A stretch of DNA of 64,000 bases from Podospora anserina (GCA_017654855.1 CM030335.1:3286001-3350000), one strand, 5' to 3'. Positions 25,901 through 39,491 are shown, counted from the first letter of the stretch. Translations and numbers: made by a program. The notes: generated from the letters alone by a model not told the origin.

Positions 25901-28900
25901 ATGACATCCCAGCTATTGGCGTCAGAGCTCGCCAATCTCATCCAGGAGAGCAAGCGCAAACACAATGACTTGCGCCAGGTATGCGCTCTGCTGAATGTCC
26001 TTATTTACGCACATGGCGCTTACACCGTCACAAGGCCGCCGAAAAATCACTTGAAGAACTCAAGAGTATAAGAGCTGGCTCTGAAGCTCAAATATCGGAT
26101 GGTGTGCTAACATCCTGTTCCCACATTGGGCATTGTTCATGTTGATGGCGCCAGACTTACACGATACCAGAACTCACTCAACGGCCAAACTTTGTCAACC
26201 CCTTCATCATTGCTTGCGGGACCAAAAACGTCAAGTTCACCGGCATTGCGATCGTTTGTTTACAGCGCCTCATCGTTTCAAGAGCCTTACCAAGATCTAG
26301 ATTGAGCCAGGTGCTGGAAGCCTTGCAACAGGCCACGTCAGCCGGCCTCGACGTCCAACTCAAGATTCTCCAGGCCCTGCCCTCATTATTATCCAATTAT
26401 GCCGCCGATGTGAAGGGAGAACTTCTCGTCACAGCACTTAATGTTTGCTTTATCCTACAGTCGAGCAAGAATGCCATTGTCAACAACACATCTGCAGCCA
26501 CCCTGCAACAGCTGGTCGTTTCCGTCTTTGACAAGGTAGTAGCCGAGGATAGTCAGTATTTCATTTGCAATCATCAACTCGAGTGAAACTAATATGTCAT
26601 CCAGAAAACGGTCAGGACTCACAAATTGTGGGCGAGGTGCCGCTTCAAGATGGCACGACCCTTCCTCTTCGCGCTGCGGCCATGGATGCCTGGAGGGTAT
26701 GTTATTCTCTCGACTCGTTCTTCGTACGCTGCTGACGTACCAGGTGTTTAATGATATCTGTCTCCTAACCGAAGGCCAGCGACCCGAGTACCTTCGCTTC
26801 TCTGGCCTGCCACAGACCTTCGGTCTGGAGCTGATTGAGTCTGTGCTCACCAACCATGCCGCCATCTTCACCTCACATCCAGAACAGGCCGATATCTTAC
26901 GAGCCCGAGTGATGCCCTTTATCATCAGCGCACTTCGGGGCCGACCAAATTTCGCTACCAGCGTGCGTCTTGTGAGAATATTGTACACCCTGCTACGTCG
27001 GCATCTGTCCATCCTCCCAGAGGAGAGTGGTGACGCTCTTGAAATTTTGACCCATCTCTTGGACATGGACACAGCGCTGTGGAAGCGATCATTGTGCATG
27101 GAGGTATTCAGAGGTGTCTTTGCCGACCACGCTCTTCTGAGGCGTATCTTTGGCATGTTTGATGCCCAAGAGGGAGGCAAGAAGATTCTGAGGAACCTAA
27201 CAGCCACGTTCGTGCGTGTGAGCACAGAGAAGCCCACTGCTATTGGACTCGGACACCAGTCGACCATCCCAGTTGCCAACCCCTATGGCGGCTCAGCTGC
27301 TTCAACCGATCAAGCAATGTTGGAAGCTAGTGGCGCTGGCATCATTACAAGCTCGGTAGGTTCCGATGGCCACAACACTGGTATCAGTACTCAGTGGAGC
27401 ACCATGCGGGTTCCATGCATCGACCAGCTCGACAAGACGGACCCCCCAAGCATTCCGGAGTCGTACATTTACAGCCTGACACTGGCATGTATCACCTCAC
27501 TATCCGAAGGCCTTGCCAAGTTCATCCTCCCCCTCACTGTCCCCAGCGACGGGAGGAAGAAACGAGGCACCAAAACAGACATAGGCCGAGACTCCCCTGC
27601 GCCGTCAACCGACGAAAAGCTCGACCCAGGAGATAAGAGCTCGCTGGAGCGGTCTTCTTCGTTCAAGCGCAACCCTGTTCCGGTCAACCCCCTTACGCTG
27701 GAAAACCACCCACTCTATTCCGAAGTCAAGATATATGCCGCCTTTATTGACGAGTGTTGGCCAGCCATTCTTGCAACATGCTCGACTTTCCTGTATGCCG
27801 CGCTTGACTCGGAGTACTACCATGGTCTTGTCCGGTCATTTCAAAAGTTTACACATGTGGCTGGCCTCCTGCAGCTCACTACCCCACGGGATGCCTTTCT
27901 TACCACACTGGGCAAGGCAGCTGTGCCACCGAATGTTCTCACAGCATGCCTTAATGCTGGCGCCCCTCGGAACCCAGTCACCCCTTCTGAGCCTACCAAC
28001 AGCATCTTCGGCAATGCACGTGGCCTTCTTAGTGTCGAGAGTCTCGTGTCGCCGACTGTGGAGAAGCAGCGACAGGTTTCTGTTGATCCTAGTGCCGGCA
28101 CGCTAAACACACGGAACATGCTATGTTTGAGAGCATTGCTAAATCTCGGGATAGCACTTGGTCCAACACTTTCGGCATCTTGGAACATCATCCTAGAAAC
28201 ACTCCAGCAAGCCGACTTTGTGTTGTTTTGCTCCGGTAAGGCTGCAGGCAGAACACCTCTGGCGGCCAAGGGTCCTGATCACCAAGCCGAGCAAGAGGCT
28301 AGCACTCTCCTTACCAATTTCAGCACTGAAATCCGTGCGGTTGAGACGGCCGCCTCACGGTTGTTTGAGAGTACCATCGATTTCCCCAATCCCGCCTTCG
28401 TCGAGGTGGTCGGGGCTGTCTGCAGCCTGTTGGAAAAGCATGGTGAAGCCCCCTCGGCACCAGGGAGCAGGCCGCAATCACCGCCATCTGGCGGAGGACT
28501 CAAAACACCATCGGTCCCGCACAAGCGCCAACTAAGTGTTTCAACTCCGGCGCTGACTGGCCACAATCAAGAGGATCAATTTGCCCTGGCTAAGCTGGGT
28601 GATCTCGCCTCTATCAATATTGAGAGGCTACTTATCTACGATCCTGAAGTCTCCGGCTGGGCACCACTGATCTCTGAGCTCATCACTGCGTTGAGTTCAA
28701 CCTTGAACACAGCACCAGTCAGAGCACGGGCAGCAGAGACGCTGGTTCGGATTCTGTTGGAAGCTGCCGCTGCCGTGTCATCTCAGCCCGAAGAGCCCCG
28801 TGGGGACATACAGCAACGACTGCTGGAGGCATTCCGTGACTCCCTCCTGCCTCTGCAAACCCCTAACCGAGAAGTGTCTGTCACCAGCCATGTCGTCGAC

Positions 28901-31354
28901 GTTGACATTCACAAGATCATCCTCGAAGGTCTCAAGAGCCTTCTCGAAAACTGCGGAGAGACCTTGGTTCGGGGATGGGAAATCACGTTCCAGATTATCG
29001 ATACCATCTTCGTTGACAAAACGTTTACCCCCGAGAAGCAGGAGGCTGACAAGCGGTCCGTCCTTCTCACCCGCTCTGTCAAACTGATTCGTCCTTCTTT
29101 TGCCTCGTTGCAGTTGATCTGCTCGGACTTTCTGCCTTCTCTCCCCAATGCCTGCTTTCTTAACCTCGTCGATACCCTGTACAAATTCTGCACTCAGGAT
29201 GATGAACTTAATGTGGCCTTGACGGTATATATGCCTACGTCTCTTGGCCAGAACGCAGTAGCTGACGAGTAGCAGACCGTGACTTTTTTCTGGGCCATCT
29301 CGGACTTTCTTTCTGGTAAAGGCAGATCCATGTCCATCACCGAAGACATGATTGGGGAGTCTGGCGACGAAGCACTCACCAAGCTGGCAGCAGACTCCTC
29401 CCACAACGGATCAGGGGCAGCCTTGTGGATGTTGCTTCTCCTGCGACTCACCTCGGTTGCTACAGACCAGAGACTGGAGCTGCGAAACAGCGCCATCCAG
29501 ACTCTGATGCGCATCATGTCGGCTTACGGCGATAGTCTAAGCCCGGAAGCCTGGTCCATCTGCATGAAGTCTGTCATCTTCCGGCTCATGGCTTCAATAG
29601 AAAAAGAGCTTCAGGTTCTTTCTGGAGTCTCAGCAAAAGACAAGAGTCAAGAGGAGTGGAAAGACACGGCCATTGTGGTTGTGCAGGGTGTTTCAAGCCT
29701 GTTCGCCTCATATCTCACTGTATTGACGGCTCACAACAGTTTCATCAAGATTTGGGAAGACCTTTTGGATCATTTCCGGATCCTGCTGGATCTGAACGTG
29801 TTGGACATCAACGCTGCCACATACAGTGCCGTCCGGGACATTCTTCACAGGTGCGCAGAGCAAGACAGACCTCGCGTGGGCAAAGAAAGCCTCGACCTTG
29901 CCTGGGATCTATGGTCTCGAGGAATTCCAGTTCCCAAAGATGGCAAGGACGACAAATCTTCGGACAACCAGAAATGCCTGTTGGTGTGGGTAGAGGCATT
30001 GCTGGAGCTTTACGGCCTCATCCAGAAAGACTTTAGTGTCGAAAGAGTCCGCCGCATGCTCACTCTGCTCCGCAATGCCATGCAACATGCCACCCCAGGA
30101 GCCTACGCCAGCGACGTCGAGTATGTCACCCCATTGCAGGGCAAGATTCTGGAAGTGTTCCGCATGGTTCGCACGGACCTGAGCGGCGTCCCGTCTGCTA
30201 TGATCACCCAGGTTGCCGAGTTTGTGTCCTTGGCATTTGCCCAGGAAGACGCTGCCAAGGCGGCGGCAGAGAAGCGCACATATGTCGCCATGTCTAAGGA
30301 AAGCATGTCTATCCTACAGGCACTCATCATCAAGAACTCTTCTGGACGGGATATCTACGAGACTGAGGCCTTCGCCACTGCCATGTCTGCGCTGGCGAAG
30401 CCCGTGGTCCTAAAGTATTCGTTCAAAACCACCACTAGATCCAACCAACCATGGAAGGAGGCCACCAAAACCTCACTTGCAGTTCTGGAAGCTTCCCTTC
30501 CATACATCCGCACTGCTGACCTCCCCCGCCCCATCATACAACACATCTGGGAGACCATCATCTCCATCGCCAACGGCATCATCAGCGCCGACTACCCCGA
30601 CGCCCCTCCCGGCACCGACATCCTCGCCGACCAAACCTTTGACATTTCCTCCTTCCGCAAACTCCGCGAGCTCATCATCCCCGCCCTCGGCGCAGAAGTC
30701 ATCCTCGACGCCACACGCAAGTCCTACGCGGAAGGTCTCTTCAGGACATCCATCATCCACGCCCCCGCTCCCGCCGAGGCCTCCATCATCTACGGCAACA
30801 GCAACGAAGGCCTGACCACGCTCTACAGGTCCCGCCCAGGCCGCACCATTGACCCCCCACCAACAAAACGGACCCTCATGGCGGAGGTTTGTTTGGATGA
30901 GTTGTTCTCCCTAGTGGAACAACACGACGAAACTTCCCCGCCAGAGATCAGCACCGAACCCCCCACCTTTCCATCTTCTGACACCGCCTCACCGGAAACA
31001 TCCCACGATTTATCCGTCCGACTCTCCCAGACCGCCTCGCCCTATCTCATCTTGAGGTGTGCGCTAAGCATAAGGGCTTACATAGCCGACCAGCCCCTCC
31101 GGGGGCGCATGCCGCAGCCGCTGTCGCAGAGAAAGGAACTTGGTCGTATCCTCCGGGCGTTGATCGACCTCAAGTCTGAGCCGGACGCGATTCCCGACAC
31201 CCCCAACGTGGACTCAGAGACGAGGAAGCATTTGCTGAGGTTGTACCCCCTTTTGGTGAGCGCCATTCAAGTTGCCGGTACAGCAGGTGACGAAAAGGTT
31301 TTGAAGCTAGTCAGAGAGGCGCTTGATGTTGTCGGTGGAGAGCTGGGTGTTTAA
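25901..31354 (+). CDS. MON2: Mon2 / Ysl2 Arf-GEF-like endosomal trafficking protein
   Basis: ESKRKHNDLRQ, LDVQLKILQALP, CIDQLDKTDPP, LQLICSDFL, QDDELNVALT and ELRNSAIQTL motifs; several short introns; divergent from MMS2. Confidence 0.92.
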
Positions 31355-31776
31355 TTCTTTTCTCTTTTTAGTTGGCAAATGTAGACAAAATGGTAATTCT
31401 CACTTTTCTCATCATTTCTTGTGATGATTCTCTATTTTTGTCTCTTCCTCCATCTCTAATACTGAGTAGAAAGTTGTGCGTCCTTACTTTGTACAACTAA
31501 ACAAAACGTCCACCCTATCATACCATCATTTCACCCTCCCTTTTTTTCGCTGTGGGAAACCATCCCAACCTATCCGCTTCGATGTGGCCCATCACCGCCT
31601 ACAAGAAACAATTAAGCCCCATACTCATACACCAATGCCCTCAACCTTGCCCTCAGCATCGCCGCCTCCACCTTGGGATCCTTGGGGGGCGGCTGCTCCA
31701 GAAATTTCCTCACCTCTTGCATCAACTTCTTATCCGCATTCAGTTCCTTAAACTTCCCCTTCTTGTCATGGCCATC

Positions 31777-33023
31777 CTAGGCCTTGACCTCCTGCTGCTC
31801 CTGCAACAACTTCCTCGCCTGCGCCGCCTCCAAACCCTTCTGCTGCCCCTCACTAACCTTCCCATACACCCCCATGGCAGTAGCAATCATGCCCCCCAAA
31901 TCCCCCACATTCCCCGGCACCACCACCGCGGTCCCCTCCTTGGCCAGCTTCCCAAACGCATCCACATACTTCTCCGCCACACTCAAACTAACCGCATTCT
32001 GCGCCGCCCCTTGTCCGTCCTGAATCGCCTTGGCCACCGCCTCAATCCCCGCGGCCGTGGCCTTTGCCCTCAGCAAGATCGCCTCAGCCTCACCCATAGC
32101 CCTGTTGATCTTCTCCGCCTTGAGAGCCTCCGACGCAAGAATAGCAGATTGTTTCTGACCCTCGGCAATGTTGATAGCTGATTGCCTCTGACCTTCGGAA
32201 TCAAGAATTTCGGCGCGCTTGGAACGCTCGGCGGTCACCTGGCGGTGCATGGCTTCCACGACGGGCTTAGGGGCGTGGATGTCGCGGATTTCGTAGCGGA
32301 GGCAGGTGACGCCCCAGGCTTGGGCAGCCTCGTTAATGGCGGCCGTGATGTTGATGTTGAGGGCGGCGCGCTCCTTGAGGACGTGGTCGAGGGTGAGCTG
32401 GCCGATTTCGGAACGCATTGTTGTTTGGGCTAGTTGGGAGATCGCGTACTCGGCGTCTTCTACTCCATAGCTTTTGGGGGAGGGGGGTTAGTGATGAGAG
32501 TAAAAAGGAGGGAGGGGAGGGGGACATACCTGGCCTTGTATGCGTCAAAGACTCTGGTGTACAAGACACCGTCGAGCTCGAGGGTGACATTGTCGGCTGT
32601 GATGGCGGATTGGGAGGGGATCTCGATGGCGACTTCCTTGAGGGACTTGACGTAGGCGATCCGGTCGATAAACGGTATCAGGATTGCCAGGCCGGGTTGG
32701 AGGATTCTATTGAACTTGCCCATGCGCTCGACGATCCAGGCGGTTTGCTGGGGGACGAAGCGGATGATTGTGTTCACTGGGAGGGAAGCTCGCTGCTGGA
32801 AGTATGTTGGGGGAAAGCCGCCGCCGAGGCCGCTGCTCGCTGGGAGGCGGCTTGGAGATGTGTTTCGGAGGGCATTTCGGGGGGTTGCCGAGAGTGGTCG
32901 GGACTGGTGCTGGGAGCTGAGAACTGGTGATGAGGAGTGTACGAGCGCTTGGCGAGCGATGATGGGGAGAGCTCGTGGGGCTGTTGGGGCCGCGAGGGCA
33001 CGGCGCGCTAGTGTGAGTGACAT
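31777..33023 (-). CDS. Stomatin-like protein 2 (SPFH/band-7), mitochondrial
   Basis: FVPQQTAWIVERMGKF, AITADNVTL, RYEIRDI and QVTAERSKRAEILDSEG motifs; N-terminal presequence-like region; one intron at ~32530-32472. Confidence 0.92.
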
Positions 33024-33701
33024 GTTTACGGTGTGCCCTATCTAATTACATATGCTGGTGGATAACAAAGAGAAAAAGAGAGAACTGATGATCTGGTGTT
33101 CGTCTGCTTCGGTGGATGGAGTTGGGAACTGGTGGGACGTGAGAGAAGCTCCAGAAGATGCGAATGGCAAGACGTCAGTTGCTTGCTGTCATTGGTCACA
33201 AGGGAGCTGCATCCTGGTTGCTTTGGTGGGGTCACCTTTCTGTGGCAAGCACAGACCATGTTGCGATAAATCAGGCCGGCAGGGTTTGCCAGCCTCGAGA
33301 TCTTAATCACAACTTCACTCGCTGCCCGCATTATACAAAGCCATCTGCCTCCCGTCTCTATCACCCTCAGGTCTCAATCAAGTAAGTCCTACCACAGGGA
33401 CTGTTCACCAGTTGTTGAAGAGTGAAAATAGCGTCCAATCTTTCCTTCTCAAACATTTAGATTTGAAGTTCGGGTTCAGTCTGGAAACAACGTCTTCAAT
33501 CACATGCACAATTCTGAGCCGAGTCTTGTCTCACCTCCAGGTGAACTCAAAGGCACTGCACCAAGACGTGTCCGCCTGCCTTTTCTTCTTGTTTCACTTG
33601 GTTATTCGTCCAAGTACCTATCTAGCCGCCTCGTATATCTGTCTATCCTACCTCTATCGATGAAAATGGTAACTCCGCGCCTGAGTATCGCACCCAGCTG
33701 C

Positions 33702-36700
33702 TTAGTAGATATTCACCCTGCTCCTCCTTTCGCTGTAGATACGGATGGTTCTGTCTGCCTGTTTGGTTCTGTCTGCCTGTTCAGGCCTCGGACGGCTCAC
33801 CATCTCCGTGTCTTTTGATAGCCCTTTGCTGACGGAGTATTGTACGCCAGGTTCGGGTACTCCACGACCTCGAGTGCATGGCCTGAGGAGATAATCTTCA
33901 TTGATTCGAGATTTGTCCTCTAAGATTTGGAGCTTCTCTGCGAGCTTCAGGCTTTTTATGCGTTTCGTGGGTTCGATCTCGAGCATGTCGAGCTGGATTA
34001 TGTCCAAAAGGTCGTGAATTAACTCGGAGGCCTGCGGACTTGCGTGCAATTCATGAAACATCTGTGATAACCTTGTCAGCGGGTGGATACGTCCCAAAAA
34101 TATGATTGATCCTCACCTCCACAACACCTGGCTTAACAGTCGTTGTAAGCATATTGTCCTCACGGTAAAGCGCATAGAATGTATCGGTATCAAAACCGTG
34201 TTCATCCGCCGCCAATCGCTTGTCGGCAAACTCGTTATACCCATTGGGACCCAGCAAGAACCAAGTCAAAAATTCAAGGTAAACGCAGCCCAATGACCAT
34301 ATATCAACAGCACGACTCCTTGCTCCCAGTCGTTGTGCAGCTTCCGGTGCTTCATATGTCACGGTGCCGAAGACAAGGTCTGACATCTGTCTAGACTGGG
34401 TCCTTCTGTTGTGAATACGAGCGAGCCCAAAGTCGGCCAAAACAAGGCTTCCTCCGATAGCATCTTCCGTACCTGTACCAAAGATGAGAATGTTACTCGG
34501 CTTGATATCGCCGTGTCTGTAAAATCCCCTGTCATCGTTTAAGCCTTCTGGATCGACGCGCTCCCGGTGCAAGCTTGACAAGGCTTCAGCAAGTCCTCTG
34601 CATTGTTCGATAGCCCACTGGTAGTGTTGGGCGGCACGTTGCGAGGTTGGGTCCGCCGAAAGACAATACTGGTGCAAATTCATGTCGGCCCAAGGGAGTA
34701 TGAAATGATAGCGGCCATGATACTGGTAGGTTGCTAGTAAGGAGAGGAGGTGGCGATTTGACTGCTTGGTCGCGAATTGTAAAGCCTTCATCTCGGACTT
34801 GAAATCATCATCCGAAGATAATGCGTTGAGCTGTTTCAAGGCAAAGCGATTTCCTTGATATCCGAGCGGAATCTAGTGTAAATTAGCAAATTGCAGCTCC
34901 CAACGATGATTTTGAAACCTACCATTGAGGCAAACTCGTGATGGTCGGGGTGGATCACCACACTTGTAACGGACGCAAAACCACCGACCAACTCGACAGT
35001 CTCTCTTCCAGGCCCACCTATGAATGGCAAAATCTGCCGATCCGAAAAGTTGTAATGTCTGGCTGGATTCTGATCATCTCCTTTGCTGAAAACTGGTGCT
35101 AGGAAGGACCACTGCCTGTCCTCAAAACCATGCTTGACAAACGGTCTCCAACGTCGGGTGTAAGTCAGTTTGAGATGCGGCTGAGTAGCCGATTGGAGTT
35201 CCTCCTCAGAACCGTGGACAAGGGGCAAGCAGTCGTCCGAGGTCCCCGCAGCAATCATGTCAAATATATAACCCGCCCTCTCCAACAAGACCAGAATGGC
35301 GAAGACCTTCTGGAACGATTTGCTGGCCTGACAAATGACATCGGCGGTTTCACGAACACTGACCTTCAACCATCTTTTGGGAAGGTCCCGGTTGCGGACC
35401 AGCCTCTCCAGCTCCTGACAGACGTTGTTCGTGTTCACGATAGTAGATAAAGCAGTCCGAGGCAAGAACTGTCTCGTGCCCCAGTGGGTAAGGACCATGG
35501 CACTGACTAAGGCATCCTGCATCGCCGAAGCCTCTTCATCTGTGGAGTCATCACCGGCAGATATCCTTTCACCAGAGAGTATTTCATCGCTCACCAGTTC
35601 TGGGAGACTGATCGATGCCTGACCCCCGATATCGGGTGTTTCGTGTTGTCCCAAGGGGGAGGGCACGGAGACAGAGACCATCGCAGCGTCAGTGTCGAAG
35701 GCTGGGTCATGATTATCCAATGTAGCTGGGATTGTGCCAGGTCCGTCATCGGCCGGTTCTGTTTTGGTAGCGTCAGGAGTCCAACCCAAACTGCGCGGCT
35801 GATCGATTGACTTGTGACTCTGGCCCAACATCGCGTTTGGGGCAGTTTCTGGGGTAAAGACATGGATGGAGCCTGGCCCGAACTGAGTTTCCATTTGTGT
35901 CCAAATCTTCGTCATCGGGACCACATATGCGCACCCACGCGGATCGCATGCTACAACATGACCGTAGATCTCGTGAGTCTCTTGGTCAATCACCAGGGAG
36001 CCGGACTCTCCGTCAATAATACCTACGCTTCTGGTCAGCAATATTCTACATTCTCTCCGTAAGATGTCAAAGGTATACTCTGAGCTGTATCCAAGATCAC
36101 TGTCCATGCTTCACAGAGAACTCGATCAGGCCCCGAGCCAAGCATCGCCGTGCTACCCAGCAGCCTTCCTGAAAGCACGCCGCGGATACCAGACACGACG
36201 TGTACTGGGACGCGGTGGAATCTAGGTGCCTTGGCAAATTTCTCCAATGCTATGGCTTGCCCTTCAGGGCCAGAGGGGAAGTACTGGTTAGGGAGAGGGA
36301 ACAGGGGTTGTTGAGCACTAGGCGTTACCAAGGACCAGTCGAGGTATGCTTCCCAGCCATCGAGTTGACGAGGTGGTCGGATCCTATCGACGAAGAAAGA
36401 GTCACCTTGCACTGAGCTTTGGAAGCGGGGTTCGCGGTCCCATTCCTCAGATATCTCATCTTCATAGTCCTCATCATATTCCATAACCTTATCGGTCCAT
36501 AACTCTCCCAGATCTTCCATCTCATCATCATTGAGAGTAGACTCGCTAGAGGCGTCCATATCGAGGGATGCTGTGTCTGTGGTGATGAGAGAGTCGGCAT
36601 GTTCCTGCTTTTCGGGTTCAAAGAGATGATCAACCGTCATGACAGCAATAGAATCCCCGACTCGGATGGCCAACCCCAGAGTCGCGGTTCGAGACCCATG

Positions 36701-37510
36701 ATGAGCGACAGCACCGCACCAAGTAATGTGCCTGCCAGGTTCCTGGTGGATGTTCTCGTCCACGGCGGTTCGTTTCTTGGGGTTTTTGGGCGACCGATAG
36801 TATAATAGCTGAAAAGGCGGCACCGGCATTTTGTTTGGATCGTCTTCGCGAAACAGGTGAAACACTTTCGACTTTTTACCGCAGTACAAGGGGTCCTTCA
36901 CGCGCTTTTTGAAGAGGTCACTGAGCTTACGAAAGTCTTCTCTGCGACAAAAGATGACGATATGGGGTGTGGCTTCCTCTGGTGATGGTCCTCCCATGTG
37001 GAGACGGTAGTCTATTGTATCGGCGCGATCTCGAAGGTCGGGGTTCTCGTTGACTGTCTTGCGCATTTCCTCCGACACGAATCGAAATCTGGCATCGTAC
37101 TCATTGGCTCTCCATTTACCGAGAGTGACCTCTGCGTCAGGGTAAATGAACATGCTCTTAACCCCAGGTATGGAGTCTGCTCGGTCGTAGGAATTGGAGG
37201 CCAAGGGGGCGCTGATGGCCGGGGCTGATACTGTGGTGTTGCTCGGCCCTGTAGGTTGTGATGGTGGGGCTGCCCGGGCTGCGACATATGCGTGATGCTG
37301 TAGTGGGTGCGATGGCTGCTGAGGCTGCTGAGGTGAACTTTGCTGCGATGGTTGATGAGATGATTGTTGTTGGTGATGGCTGCTAACCGCTGCATTGTCT
37401 AGTGGAGGTGAACTGTCGTCGCCGATTGACTTCGGTTGGACCGACGAAATGGAAGTAAGGCTTGTTCGGAGAGTTGAGAGGGCATCGTTCGGCTTCGCTG
37501 TGCTGGCCAT
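33702..37510 (-). CDS. Fusion protein: trypsin-like serine protease (N-terminal) plus Ser/Thr kinase (C-terminal), ~1200 aa
   Basis: Four track ORFs join in frame via introns 36078-36023, 34922-34873 and 34116-34062. Protease motifs MTVDH, LDWSLV, GESGSLV; kinase motifs GGFASV, FALK, HGDIKPSN, DFG, APE, DIWSLG. Confidence 0.82.
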
Positions 37511-38021
37511 GTTCGGACAGCCTGCTATAGGGCGACAAGTGCGTGGAAGATTTTTGGAAACGACCATGCAAGATAATAAGATGCTCATATCTTTCGCGAG
37601 GTATTCAAACATAAGACATGGTGGGGAAAGATTGGTTAGAGAATTTAGATGAATGAGGTCAATGGAGAGATGCAGAAGATAAGGGAAAAGCAATCGAAAC
37701 GTGGTGTGGACGGGGAGAGGGTATCACTTCGCTCTGGCGGCAAGCTGACCTCGACTGTGCCATGCAAAGCACCTGCAGACAGAGCCACCAATCGCAACAC
37801 ACTCCCAACGCCACTCACACATTTCCGTTATTCAGGCGTCGTGGCTCAGCCCCTCTGTTAAATATGGTGGAAATTCGAATGCCCGCCTAGTTCTCGTGGC
37901 ACTTGCCGTTTTCCCCGTTAATCATTAACTTAACACTCATTAACTCATCCCCTGGGCGAGCCTCCTGAAGCTTATACCTGGTTGTCATACATAACTTGGA
38001 ATTCTCAACAGCTGAGCCAAG

Positions 38022-39201
38022 ATGGCCACCGACTACAAGACTCAGATTGCTGACAGCCTGTTGGGGAAAACAGGAGAGTTCGACGCATTCTTTAGACTCT
38101 ACGACGAGCTCCTTAACATTGGTTCAAGGAGCTTCGTAGTTCAGATCAACAACCCATCACAGCAGAACTCTCGGCCTGTTTCTCATGACTCCATCATCAT
38201 AGCCGCAAAGGTTTTAAAAGCCCAAAGCTCCCTCAGCCTCAAGGACACCAAAGAGGCCATCCAAAAACGTCTTTCAGCACAGAAGCTCTCCTCGCTTGAG
38301 GTAGACATCGTCTTGAAAGTGGCTGTACAGCTGGCCTTTATGGTCCACCCCAATGTTTATGACTCCCATGGGCCCGCTTTCAGAATCGGATCTTATCGGC
38401 CTGCGTCCTGGTTGTCAGAAGAGAGTTTCACTGACTTCGTCAGCAAGTCGTTCCCCCATGTGTCTTCAACGAGGATATTGCGAGTCCAGGATGTTCTTGC
38501 GGAAGAAAAGTCCCTCAAGGCCTGGAAGTTGAAAGAGCGATTGGGCATCAAATTCCGACCGACCAACAATTTGGCTGAGCATCTTGTCTTCGACCCCGAC
38601 AGCCAAAGTCTTTATTTGTTTCACCACGCTGGATATCTCAAGGCCCATCTGGACTTGTGGGAGCCCAAGAAGAACTCTAGAGACATTGGAATAGGAGAAG
38701 CCATCGCTGAGTGAGTTACTTACCTAGGGTTCTTACCTTTTTGTCTCTATTTTTCGTCGGCATCGTACTGATAACAGCAGTGGAACATTGAGCCCCCGGT
38801 TGCTAGCCGAGACTCTCCATTCACTTCAGTCTATTCTATTCCGATGGGGCGACGAAAAGTCCAAGGTCATTCTCAACGAACTGATTAAAAAACAGGGCTT
38901 TGACAGCTCTTGCGCTATTCATGAAGGATACAGAATGTTCAAAGATGGTACCGGGGATTTTGTTTACACCTTCTGGGGAGAGAGGCTCGCAAGCATCCAT
39001 GACTTGATGCGTGAGCGTCCTCCTCGGACAAAGTTCCAGAAGTGGATCAAGTGGCAAACCACAGAAAGAAACTTCTTCCTTGTCGGCGGCCTTGCCTTGA
39101 TCATTTCTGCTGTTGTTGGGATATTAAGTCTTGGTCTTTCTGGGTTTCAAGCATACATTGCGTGGCAGGCGTGGAAAGTCGCAAACCAACCACCTACCTA
39201 G
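38022..39201 (+). CDS. Uncharacterised protein with a single C-terminal TM helix (TM-partner 2), homologue of 15266-16670
   Basis: Intron 38711-38780 joins two ORFs. Shared motifs: T.NL.EHL..D, LxxETLHxL..L, K.GFD, WG.RL..., TM helix followed by FQA(Y/W)I.WQ.W. Confidence 0.85.
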
Positions 39202-39491
39202 GAGGTGGTTAACCATTACTAGATCAGCAATGCCGACACAACTCTAACATCCTCGGACGTGGGTCAGTAGTTATCTACCTAGGTACGAAACCAAAGGGAT
39301 CCGATAATGCCACGAGGTCAGACGAAAGAAAGAAAACACAAAAGCCCGGTTTTGATTCTGTTATGCACCAACCTCCGACCTGCCGCCCCTTCATAAAACC
39401 TTGCTAGCATAGCATCTTCTCCATGTCCTTCCCAAAACCAGCTGCTACCTTTGTGGTTTGCCGTCTTCGACAACAGTGTCGCTGGACTTGC

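Noticed and set aside
15266-39201. Calling the TM partners gasdermins or HET-domain proteins
   Set aside because: No recognisable gasdermin or HET motifs; the het-Q comparison is only an analogy of gene arrangement.
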